A DNA stretch of 64,000 bases from Paraspadella gotoi. Taxonomy: Eukaryota > Animalia > Chaetognatha. The stretch covers positions 24,439,783 through 24,503,782 of the forward strand of contig CM119267.1 in NCBI GenBank assembly GCA_051294375.1. The letters run 5' to 3'. Below, piece by piece: positions 13,376-24,972 of the stretch. Position 1 is the stretch's first letter; each line of letters starts with the position of its first letter. Both the position numbers and the translations under genes were made by a program. The notes below the pieces were generated by a model. It searched no databases and was not told the DNA's origin. It saw nothing but the letters and a program-made list of their open reading frames with translations.

Positions 13376-13899
13376 CTGAAGTAAAAAATATGGAGAGGCT
13401 AAGACAATCGTTAAAGTAAAAGTAATAGTATTATACTTTTTCCATTAAAGTTAATAGGATAGCATCTTTTTCAAGTAAAATTTATTAGTGAAAAGTTTAT
13501 ATGAGTTTCAACAAGGATTTTATTTTCAAGTTTATGAAAATAAAACAATATTTCCAAGAATTGAATTTTCAACGCTTAAGTAATCAATTAAGTAATACGC
13601 CATAGGTAAAAACGAGGCGAACTATACACACTTACTATCAACAACGAAACAGATTTCCAAATCGGAATCATGTATGTAGAAAAAAAAAGCCGGCGCCAAA
13701 AAAAAGTAGAGATCTCGGCGAAAGAAAGAAAAAAAAAGGTAAGTGACGTCTCGACGTCTTTTCTGCAAATTTGGAGAGATCGTTGCAAGCAGGCAATCGT
13801 CGCAATCTCGTAGTCGTATTTCTTGCATTAAAAAAAAAAGAAGAAGTGACATATCGTTTTTCGTCGCTGCTATCAATATTTTTCGAGATTATTTTTCCC

Positions 13900-13962
<63 letters not shown>

Positions 13963-14929
13963 CTATCGCCATTTTTTTCGTCCTGAATCAACGCGCAACG
14001 GCGAGTCGAAACTGCGAGAAAGTTTGTTGAACTACGCAATTACTTTCAGAATTTAATTATCTCTAATTAACCTGAACAAATTGGTATGTCAGTCCGTATC
14101 ATTTTTTGTACCGGTATATAGAATTTATAAATGCTGTAAATGTCAAGTCGGGCAAAGGTTTAAAAAAAAAATAATAATAATCTTTGACTAACGATATGAA
14201 GACTCATTTTCTTTCTATTTTTCGCAAAATCGCCTTCGCCTTCGCCCTCCCCTCTCTCTCTCTTTGTCTCTCTCTCTCTCTCTCTCTCAGCCCCTCCCCC
14301 GAACTTTCTCTTCCTACCCAGCTGGAAGCCCTAACTCTCGACGGCGGAGATTAAGAGGGATTAGCTCCAGTAAAATCAGGCTTGCTGCTTGCTCCCTTAA
14401 TAATATAGCCTTAGCGATTTAATTTTTAAACTTTTTCTTATGGATGAATCATTTTTTCTTTGACTCTTTTTAAAACTTTTCAAGTTTTTTACTTTTTTCG
14501 TCGTCGTTTTCCTCTTTTTCGTTATCTCTCGCGTATTTTCCATAAACTCTCAAAGCCTGACGTGACATCGGCTCGCTCGACATTCGTAAGAAATAAATCG
14601 CCTCCTTTTTCGGTGCGACGTCGTCGAGCGGAAGGAAATTTCGATGTCGCTGTCACTTAGTACCAAAAAGGAAAGTGATGGAAGGGAAAGGAAAGTGATG
14701 GAAGGGAAAGGAAAAGTGAGGGAGAGAGATGAGTGCAGACTGCGAAGGAACAGATGAGGAGATAGAGATAGAAGAGGAAGAGACGGAGATTAGAGAAGAG
14801 GAAGGAACAAATGAGGAGACAAACAGATAAAAGAGGAAAAGATGGACATTACAGATGAGAAAAAGTTAAGAGAGGAAGAGAAGGAGATTATAGACTGCAA
14901 AGGAACAGATAAGGAGACAAAGATGAGAC

Positions 14930-15210
14930 AGACGGATAAGAGAAGAAAAGGAGATTACAGATGAGAGACGGAAAAGAGAGGAAAAGGAGATTACAGATGA
15001 GACAGACGGATAAGAGAGGAAAAGGAGATTACAGATGAGACAGACAGATAAGAGAGGAAAAGGAGATTACAGATGAGAGACAGATAAGAGAGGAAAAGGA
15101 GATTACAGATGAGACTGACAATTAAGAGAGGAAAAGGAGATTACAGATGAGACAGATGGATAAGAGAGGAAAAGGAGATTACAGATGAGACAGACGGATA
15201 AGAGAGTTAA
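14930..15210. repeat. Minisatellite, unit about 34 bp
   Basis: AAGAGAGGAAAAGGAGATTACAGATGAGACAGACGGAT-like unit, about 8 copies. Confidence 0.9.
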
Positions 15211-16334
15211 GAGAGGAAGCGATCGAGATTACAGACTACAAAGAATGAGACGCAGATAAGAAGAAAAGATAAATTTGTAAAGAAATCGATGGAGATTGGA
15301 GATTAGAGAGTGCAGAGGAAAACGAAGATTAATCTCCTATCATTTGATATATCATATCATATATATCATATATATATATCATATCACTTGAAGGTATCAA
15401 GTTGAGAGATGATGAACCCACCGAGACCGTGCATGGCGAGGGAAGGGTGGAAGGCGGAAGGAGAGACGAGGCTTTCGGCGACACGCCCCCGCGCTTCCCG
15501 CGACGCCGCCGCCGCCGAATCCAAGTGAGGATTGTATGAACGAGGGCGGGAAATCTGCGACCAAGGAATTTGTCAAATTCGTGAAGGAGGATAATCATTA
15601 TAAAGTCAGTTGTCGTTCTCATTTGATTCTTTATGTAATGAATACGAGTATTCCTTCTATTCCTAGTATTCTATACCATTACTTAGAACTTTCAATATTC
15701 TTAGTAATCTTACAACTGTCAATATTCTTAGTAATCTTACCTTAAACGGCGACGGGGGATTGGAATCCAAGTTTCGAATCAAACGCTCGTCCGACACGAA
15801 CTCCTCTGAAAAGTATAAGTTGGAGGATGTAAGAAAGGGAAACGACATCCGGGGAAAAAATTGTGGAAGAATAAAAAACGCGGAAATAAAGAACAAAACA
15901 AAATTTGGTAAAAATTTAAGGAAAAAAAGAGGAAAAAGTTTTTAAGATTAAGTTAGAGATTAATGTTAGATAAGGTTAAGGATTAGGGTTAGGTTAGGTG
16001 ACGGATCAGGATTAAATGTTAGGCTAAAATGAAGTTGAGGTATGAAGGAACGTAAATAGGAGTTTTTGGAACAGAAGAAAAAGAAAAGAATGAAAAAAGC
16101 AAATGGTCAGAATATATTGAACCGTGGAAAAAAAACAACAAAAAAAAAGACGAAAAAAAAAGAAGAAAAGAAAAAGTCCAAGGTCGCTCGGCCGAAGTCG
16201 AGGAGGAAAATAAGCAAAGGAAATGAAAAGGAGGAAGGAAGGACGACCAATGACTGACGAGGGACGAACAACCAAAGGAAAAATGGGTCTCCATTAATCA
16301 AATATTACCGTGCCGCTTTCTAGGTCGATTTAAA

Positions 16335-16433
<99 letters not shown>

Positions 16434-16539
16434 GAGCGTCAAAAATTTTGAAAAAAATCCTTGGCAGTGGAAGACTGAAAACTGGGAAGGAAGGTCGATT
16501 CTGGTAGGAAGAAGATGAAGATGATGACGAGGACGACGA

Positions 16540-16940
16540 CGAGGAAAATGAAGGCTAAGTCGACCAGAGAGACAAGAAAAATGAAGGCCAAGACAACCAG
16601 AGAGACGAGGAAAATGAAGGCCAAGACGACCCAAGAGGATAAAAATAAAGGCCAAGATAACCAGAGCGACAAGTAAAATGAAGGCCAAGACGACCAGAGA
16701 GACGAGGAAAATGAAGGCCAAGACAACCAGAGAGACGAAGAAAATGAAGGCCAAGATGATCAGAGAGACGAGGAAAATGAAGGCCAAGACAACCAAAGAG
16801 ACAAGGAAAATGAAGGCCAAGACGACCAGAGAGAGGAGGAAAATGATGGCCAAGACGACCAAAGAAACGAGGAAAATGAAGGCCAAGATGACCAAAGAGG
16901 AGGAAAATAAAGGTCAAGACGACCAGAGAGACGAGGATGA
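16540..16940. repeat. Minisatellite, 33-bp unit
   Basis: AAAATGAAGGCCAAGACGACCAGAGAGACGAGG repeated about 12 times, which produces spurious periodic ORFs on both strands. Confidence 0.92.
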
Positions 16941-18398
16941 TGACAATACAAAAGGAACATTGCTTTTTGGGTTGTGGTGATCTGAAAGCGGCAGTCATGT
17001 CGACGATTGCAAAAGAATGTGTGTCACAAACAAAATGTTGACATTGACGACTGAATCACGTAAAAAGACGAGGAACAAGATGAGAGAAAATGCAATGATA
17101 AAAGGAAACAAAAGAAGAAAAAAACAAAAAAACAAAAAAGAAAAGATACTGAAAAACAAGAGATTTTTTTTCCTTTCATATTGTATTACGTGTTTCTTCT
17201 TTTCCATTCATAGTTAGTTTTCTGATTTGTAACGATTCCAATTATTATTACCAAAGAATGTGTTATATAAGTCAGTTTACCTTTTTGATGTTTATCGCCT
17301 GCGTTGTCCTCTGAAACGGAATCGACCTTCCCTTTTCCTCGGTTCAGCGTCCAATTTTGCTGAAGGATAAAAAGAAAAGTAAAAATATGTTGACGATAAA
17401 TTTAGCGCAGATAAAAAAAAAGAGCAACAATTTGAAAAACTTTATAAAAGCAACGAAAAGAAAAATTAATCGTTGCTCTTCCGAGTCTTCGGCGACCGCA
17501 AGACGGTTGAAACTTTATAGCACAAACAATAAAATATAATACAATACAATACATCAGAGACTACATCTTTACATCAAATAAATCGCACATCGTTTTCGTC
17601 GTCTCATCTAAATCCAACTCGATCGTATTTCCGTCTTTTCTTTCTCTCTCTCTCTCTCTCCAATTGACGTCAACCAATTCTCGTTTCGAGAAGGAAAAAC
17701 AACAACAACAACAACAACAACAAGAAAAAAGGACGAAAGAAAAACAGATTAGTTGTTGTCATTTATGTTGCTTTCGTTCGGAAAATTTCGAAACAGAAAA
17801 AAGAAAATGTAGATCGGAAAATTAAAATCGATGTAATAGGAGGGAGAGAGAGATAGAGAGAGAAAAGACACATCTTTCATTTTTAATCGTTTAAAGTTTT
17901 ATCTTATGTTTAGAATTATTCTTGGACGAAATAGTTTCGATCCTCTACCGCGAAATATTTACATTAAATTTACATCACATTTAAAGAAAAAAAATAAACA
18001 AGATATAAATTTGCTCGATTTTTTGATACGACATTCTTTGAGATAAAATATTTCATAAATACTATACAAAGCGAAATTCCTTCCAAATATTACTATTTAA
18101 AAAAAGGAAAACAAAAGGAAGCCAAAGAGCCCAAAGTTAACGGTCGCGAACTTCTTGCAAGACGTCTTGCAAGCACGGAACGGGGCGGCCAAGGGGCGCC
18201 AGGGGAGCGGGGGGGAAGGGGGTGGCGTCGGGTATCGCATATGTCTTTCGAAAAAGAAGTTGCGTCATTCAAAAAGCCGCACGAAATATCAGTTGGCGAC
18301 GGCAAAAGACGAATTATCGATTTTTTCTTGTCTTTTTGTTAAATATCAAAATAAAAAAAATTGGTTGTTGCAGATTGAGGAGGAGGAGGCAAAACCGG

Positions 18399-18489
<91 letters not shown>

Positions 18490-18839
18490 GCGAAGGAAGG
18501 CAATGACGAGGAACATTGTCGAGGCTGAAGAGGCGAAAAGATAAGAGGAGAAACAGAAAAAGAGAAAAATTTTAAAAAAAGAAGAAAATAATAAAAAGTA
18601 AAGAGAGAAAATTAAGCGAAGAGGATAAGAGGCAAAAAAGAAAAAAAAAAGAAGAAAATCATCAAATGCAAAACAAAAAAAGAAGAAAATATTTTAAGAA
18701 TTAGCTAAGGGAGAGAATGAAAAAACAATGAAGAAAGAGGAAATAGAAACAAACGATAAATTAATAGAAGAACGAAAACCGCGGGGGAAGAAGAAAAGAA
18801 AAAAGAAATAAAATCAAATTGAGAGCAACTATATAATAA

Positions 18840-19116
18840 AATACGGAATTCAAGTTAATTTTAAGGTTTAAAGATTAAATTATAGGTTAGGTTAAGGGAT
18901 AAGATTAGGGTTAGAGATTGTTTAGGGTTACGTATTGGAGTATGGGATTAGTCATTAAGGTTAAGTATTAACGATTAAGGTCAGGGTTAAATATTAGTCA
19001 AAGGTTAAGGAATTAGGGTTAGGGATTAAGGTTAAGGATTTGGCCATAGATTAATATCAAATATTGAGATTAAATTAATTAAAACAAAAATGGGGCACTT
19101 TAGGAAAAGAGAGCCA
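18840..19116. mobile_element. Telomere-like-repeat MITE, truncated copy
   Basis: Degenerate TTAGGG interior ending in the family terminus AAAATGGGGCACTTTAGGAAAAGAGAGCCA. Confidence 0.7.
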
Positions 19117-19161
19117 ACCGTCCCCAAAAATCTTCCCCTCCGCCTTCTTTTCCGCGTTTCA

Positions 19162-20178
19162 CCTCGGATGACGCGTCCTCCCCTTGTCCGTCCTTGGTCG
19201 TCGCGTCTCCTTTTACGGCGTTGAGTTGATTGACCGCCTCCGCAGCGTTCGACGCCGCCTCCGCAGCGTTCGACGCCGCCTCCGCAGCTTTCGACGCCGC
19301 CTCCGCAGCTTTCGACGCGGCGTCGCCTGGCTCGCCGGCGTCGCCCGTCTCGCCGCCGACGACCTTGCCCTCGAAAAGGCGGGTGGAGACATCTGAGGAT
19401 AACGAAGGAAATCAGAATAGATGGGGCCTTTCAATTTTAAACAATAAAACAAAGGAAAGAAGACGATTAAAAAGATAAACAAATCAAAGGTTTTGAAGTG
19501 ACAGTTGCCTCTGACAGTGGAGTGTAGAATTGTGGATAATGAAAAGCCCACACTTAACGATAGGGCCTGACTGTTGCCTCGCATTCCGGAAGTTAGGATC
19601 CGGCGATAGGTTAGCTACTGGTTGTTTAAGCGGCCCTTGAATCTTTCGCAAGGACAGGACCCAGGGTCGTTTGATATGGAGCGTCAATTTACGTATCGTC
19701 ACAAGTTTGTCAATCGATGCTGTTTTCATGATGTTTTCATTGTACTATTTTTTCCACCCCCCTTTTTCGACGCCCACTTTACAAAAAAAAAAAGAAGAAA
19801 AAATATATAAAAGAAAGAAAGAAAATCCCACCAAGAAAAAGAAAACGATGTTACCTCCCGTGGTGTGACTTCGTTCGCGACGGTCCTGCTTCCTCACTCC
19901 CATCCCTTCCTCCTCCTTGCCAACGTCTTTTTTCTCCTCGGCCTCTTCTCCTCCTCCTCCTTCCCCTCCTCCTCCACCCTCTCCCTCTCCGCTCCCTCCT
20001 CCGCCCAACGGGGTTTCGTTCGGCTTCGAAATTGTGTCCGCCCGATGTTCTTTTTTCTTTTTCTTTACTGCCCGACTCTTTTATTGCGACGTACACGTGC
20101 TGCTATCCAGCGGACGGTTTTAGGATTAGGAGGATGTAGAAGAGTGGAAAATCGATGTCCTCGGAACTCCTGAGTCCT
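19162..20178 (-). CDS. Two candidate low-complexity coding exons (~20178-19855 and ~19392-19162), possibly 5' exons of the ORP8 gene
   Basis: GC-rich blocks with AG/GT boundaries. The phase-1 join reads ...RSHTTG-D-VSTRLFEGK...AASKAAEAASKAAEAASNAAEA. A further upstream donor (GTAAG) lies near 20969. No family motif is recognisable. Confidence 0.4.
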
Positions 20179-20554
20179 GAGAAAGAATGAAATCATTTCG
20201 TTAATTTTTAAAGTTGAAAAATAAAATGGCATTTTTAACATATTTACTCCTGTGAAATGTGAGATTTAACACAAAGGTAACCTAATTTTATCAGTGCTAC
20301 AGAGAGAGAAAGAGGGAAAGAGAGAGAGAGAGATATCGCGCTTTGTGTTCTCGACACATTCGATTGTGTATCTCATAAATATGGAATTTACAGAATTTAC
20401 AGAACACGTGGAAATTTTGAGGAAAAAAAAAATTTTGCATTGGGTAAGAGGAAAAAGTTGTAACCTCTTGCTCTTTCCGTCTATTCACTCTCTGAAGAAA
20501 TAAGGACGCAGTGAAAACGACAAAAACACTTGCGTCAGCAAAAGCGATTAAAAT

Positions 20555-20613
<59 letters not shown>

Positions 20614-22640
20614 GATTAACAGGCAAGATTGGAAGATTGACGTCAGGGAAGCTCAAAAAGATGCGATGACGACGCTAAATTTCTTCCTGTTGTTGTTGTT
20701 GTTGTTGTCTTTGTCACAGACCAAAGACTGAAAGTTTCAAATCCGTAAAAGGGAACTTAGCTCTTTGAAAGGCCGACTCGACCACAGAATCAAAGAACTA
20801 CAGGGAAGAACAGACCAACTACTGTATCTAACCAAAACTTAAGCAGATGAAAAAAGCCTTTGAAAGTCTATAATTTGGTTTAACATTAACAAAAAAAAGA
20901 TTAAAAAAGCTAAAGGTATCATAAATTGTAAATTAATATTAAATAACTGTTGCGTGAAAAAATTCTTACCCGAATTCAGAGCGAACAACGAAATAGGAAA
21001 TGAATTTCAGCCGGGGGAGGTCGTAGTATTCAGCCGGGTCCGGAGGGGGGAACTCCAATTTCAGCTGGGGTCCGTCAAATTCAGTCGCTGGTCGGATAGC
21101 GACAATAACTGAGATTTTACTCGGAGAAAAAGTCGCCAGGAGTTTTGTTTTTGTTTTTGTTTTTTTTAAATTTGGTCAGTTTTTTAAGCCGATTTTGACC
21201 GTTTGAATGTCGAGTTTATTTCTTTGTAAACTTTTCGGGATTTTCTTCAGCGTGTTTTCATTGCGAGACATTGGACTAGTAAAGAGATTTTGATCCGTGA
21301 GCGCGTTAACGTTTTAATTTATTTTTTGAAATTTGAATAAACTGTAGAGTAATGTTGAAGATTGATGGATGCAACGATAAACGAGTTACACAACGTCAAG
21401 ACCAAATCACGGTGCGTTAACTGAGTTCATATCGTGTATAGAGCGTAATACGTATGCGTGCGATATTACTATTATTAGTCGTTAAGTTGTGAGTAAATTT
21501 CGTTTCCTTTTAAAGCGAGAGACACGGGATTTTTTTTTTTTTTTGGTTTGTTTTTTTTTTTTAATTATATATTTGCGATGAGGAGTGAATAACGATTGCG
21601 ATACGCGTGAATTGTTGTAAGTCGAATACACGGAAAGACACAATGATTAAATAACGTTAATGGTATTGGTTAGAGTTTAATACTATTAAAAGCAATGCTT
21701 TTTCAACTTTTTGCCCAGATTATGAAAAAAATTATTTCTTTTTCTGGGCTATAGTTTTTTTGAAGTTTTTCCCCCTTTTTTTCCGAAATAGACGAAGAGA
21801 GAGGGCGCTTTCTCTTCTATTTCATGCAGCCTACAACGCAAGGATAACTTGAAAAAAACACAAGTAATTAACTCATCAATCATATAGACAACTTTTAAAA
21901 TAGAAAAAAATCCTGAATTATCTTCTTTTTTTTTCACATCGGAATGCGTGTACAAGCAATTTCGGGAAAATTTCCGAGCTCAAGAGGCCGAAAAAAAAAT
22001 AAAAGGAAAATGATAAAAAAAAGAAAGGAAAAGAAAAAAAAGGAATTCTTATTCGAGTCTGGACGAAAGAACGAAGAGGACGAAGGATCGAAAGGGAAAG
22101 AATGAAGAGAATTAATGATATCCTAATAAACTCTGGAAACTGGAAAGCGACGGGTTACAGAAACGGGGTAGCCAGTTGGAAAAACCGGCGAATAAAATAG
22201 GGAGGGGATATCGGGGTACGACGACCGCGGCGGAAAAAAGACAACAAAGTCTAATTATTCTATTTCTTTCTAAATTTTCGTATAACGATATCGTCAGTAT
22301 TTAACACTAGAAAATATACGGTTTCTAGGTTATTATACAAATTGACGGGGAAATTGTTTCAAATATGTAAATATATATAAATTCTAGCCGAAGCTTCAGC
22401 AATTGAGCAGTATTTCTACTAATAGAATATAAATTATGTGATTTTTCGGCGACATGTATATAATTAGAACTAAGTAACTTGAAAAATGATATAGTAGCTA
22501 ACTATTTTTAGGATATTTTTCTAAAGATTCCGCTTCTGACTTTTGTAAAGGCTCGACTGCAAAATACTGTTCCCAAGCTTCTTCTGTTTTTGGGGGCCGT
22601 AAGAGACGCGTCTCCTCCTTTTATTGGATACAGGCCATTC

Positions 22641-24972
22641 TCATCTTTCCCCGTTCCTCCCCATCGCCTCCAAGACTCCTTCCAACTTCTCGTCGATTTT
22701 CTTTTGCATCTCCATCATCCTTTCGTCGACCTGAGCGAGGATCCGCGCCTCCATCGCCTGCAGGTGAGGTCGCAGAAGTGGTGGCATCTGGGGCGCGTTG
22801 AGCGGCGCCACGACGTCCGTCGTCATCAACCGCGCCGCCTCGAGTCGCCTCGCGATCGCCTCCGCGTCGACGACGTCGAATCTTGGCGCAGCGGCGGCGC
22901 CCAACCCCGCGACATCCGCCGACGCCTCTCTCCGCCGCAGCTCCTCGATCTGCAGCGCCTGCGTCGCCCGCAGCTCCCGCATCCGCGCAAGCTGCGCCGC
23001 CTGCGTCGCCTTGACGGATCGCATGAGAGTCTCGGCGCCGGAAGAGAGCGGAAGACCGGCGGAGGCGAGGAGGCGTTGGACGGCGTCCAGGTCGAAGGAG
23101 GAAGAGGAGAAGGGGGAAGGGGAGGAGGAGAGGGGGGAAGTGAGAGGGGAGAAGGGAGAGATGGGATGGCGAGGCTGAATTGGGAGAAGTGGAGGAGGGA
23201 AAGAGAGAAAATTGAAATACACGCTGGAAATATGTTAGCGATGCCGGCGGGAAAAGACATTAATGTAATGTGTGGCATGGGGTACAATTATTACTATTAA
23301 ATCTTTCGAAAAAATTAACAAATAAAACATAGTAACATACAATTAACGTACTATAAAACAAGTAATTGGTAGAGGCATGGTAGTGTTGTCCTTTTGTAAT
23401 ATAGGGAGTTATGGCAACGGGAGGATAGCCTGTGATACACGGGGCGCGGGGTATCTCACCAACTGGCGTAGGGGCTGCGGACCCTCAGTGACCGCCTCCT
23501 GTCACTGGCATGTTTATACCGGCACCGTCACATTTAAGCCAGAACCGGGATACCCAGGGATTGAACCCGGGACGCACGGATGGAATGAGATGATTTAGCC
23601 TGCTCAGCCATTGAGACGAGGCTGAGGACGGACAGCAGTGAGGCAGCTTTAAGTCTTGCTGCCACAGGATCCCCCCACCAGACTTCTCCACAGGGGCCTC
23701 AATCCTGAGGAGATGTCTGAGAGAAGGTTTTGATCTCATTTCCATAGTGAGAGCGAGCGGGTGAGCGAGTCTGGAGCGTTACCAGAGAAGTAGGGCATAG
23801 GCGTGATATGCATACCCTAAGCGACGTAAGCGTGGGCGCACGGTGCGCAGCGGTTGCGTGTTCGAGAGTAAGGCTCACCACTTATGGCAACGGGAGGATA
23901 GCCTGTGATACACGGGGCGCGGGGTATCTCACCAACTGGCGTAGGGACTGCGGACCCTCAGTGACCGCCTCCTGTCACTGGCATGTTTATACCGGCACCG
24001 TCACATTTAAGCCAGAACCGGGATACCCAGGTTACGCACGGATGGAATGAGATGATTTAGCCTGCTCAGCCATTGAGACGAGGCTGAGGACGGACAGCAG
24101 TGAGGCAGCTTTAAGTTTTGCTGCCACAGAGTATCTAATATGCTACCATGTCAAATGTAAGTCAAATTAAAGTGAAATTAGTCAAATTAAAGTCAAATAA
24201 AAAATCCTTTCAACTTCAATCAGCCCAAACTCACCCTGACGTCGGCTTCGACGAGATGAACGGAGATTTGGAAGATCCTCAATTCGTTCATCGACTCCCG
24301 CCCGCCACCTTCCGCCCCTCCCATTGCCCCCCGCAACGAGGCGAACTTGACCGCCAATCGCGTCGTGGACGAGGTGGACCTCCATCGGTGCAGGAAGACG
24401 GCCGTTTGGAGGAAGTCTCCGTCGAGGGTGGCGAGGTAATCGCCCTTTGGCCAGGCCGTGTAGAGTTCGAGGTGTCGGGCGTTGGAGACTATTTCGAGGA
24501 CGGAGACGGCAAAGGCGCCGGGGGTGTTCGAGGTAGTTGAGGCGTGTTCGTTGGAGGATGATGCGTCGCAGGAGATGAACATCAAACAGGGAGACTCTGG
24601 TTCCGAGGCTTCGAAGGCGATCGAGGGAAATTCGTCGTCGTCGTCGTCTTGTCTCGTGACGTCGCCGTCGTGGTCTTCGTCGTCGTCGTCGTCGACGTCA
24701 CCGTTACAGTCGCCGTTGAGGTATTTGTCGTCTATTCCGTCGTCGGAGTCTTCGACGCCGTTGCGAGGCGGATCGGCTTCGTCGCCGCCACCATCGCCGC
24801 TATCTGCGTCGCCGCCGCCGCCGCCATCGCCACCACCTTCACTTTCGTTCTCGGCGCGATTAACGTCCTCCCCAGTTTTACCAACACGAAAGACATTGAC
24901 GACGTCTTTCAACGAGGGCGTCGGCGTCGTCCGTCGCCAACAAAAGTCGAGTTCCACGCCGTCAATCAACAT
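22641..24972 (-). CDS. C10orf88: C10orf88/PAAT-like protein, two exons (24972-24235 and 23174-22641)
   Basis: ATG at 24972, a GTGAGT donor and a CAG acceptor in phase 0. SPCLMFISC...IVSNARHLELY..DYLATLDG, FDLDAVQRLLASAGLPLSSGAETLM and C-terminal MEARILAQVDERMMEMQKKIDEKL resemble PAAT conserved blocks as I recall them. Confidence 0.75.
23410..24128 (-). mobile_element. Miniature non-autonomous LTR retrotransposon (TRIM-like), 719 bp, in the PAAT intron
   Basis: Near-identical direct repeats at 23410-23666 and 23883-24128 with minus-strand termini TGTGGCAGC...GTTGCCATA. TSD GAGT at 23406-23409 and 24129-24132. PBS-like TGGTGAGCC 2 nt after the 5' LTR (23880-23872). PPT-like GGTGGGGGGA just before the 3' LTR. 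The 216-bp interior is non-coding. Confidence 0.9.

Noticed and set aside
14930-15210. CRISPR-like array
   Set aside because: Head-to-tail repeats with no unique spacers, in eukaryotic DNA with no cas genes.
15390-15620. Plus-strand exon or C/D snoRNA (ATGATGA)
   Set aside because: No D box with a terminal stem, no family similarity and no convincing partner exons.
16320-16998. Multi-pass membrane protein ORFs (LVVLAFIFLVS repeats)
   Set aside because: These are translation by-products of the 33-bp minisatellite and (GA)n.
23550-23620. Stand-alone tRNA gene or tRNA-derived SINE
   Set aside because: No cloverleaf or acceptor stem can be drawn, and the boxes sit inside an LTR-bounded unit with a PBS and PPT.
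23620-23670. Hammerhead ribozyme (CTGAGGA matches CUGANGA)
   Set aside because: No stem II followed by GAAA, and the motif is not kept in the solo LTR.
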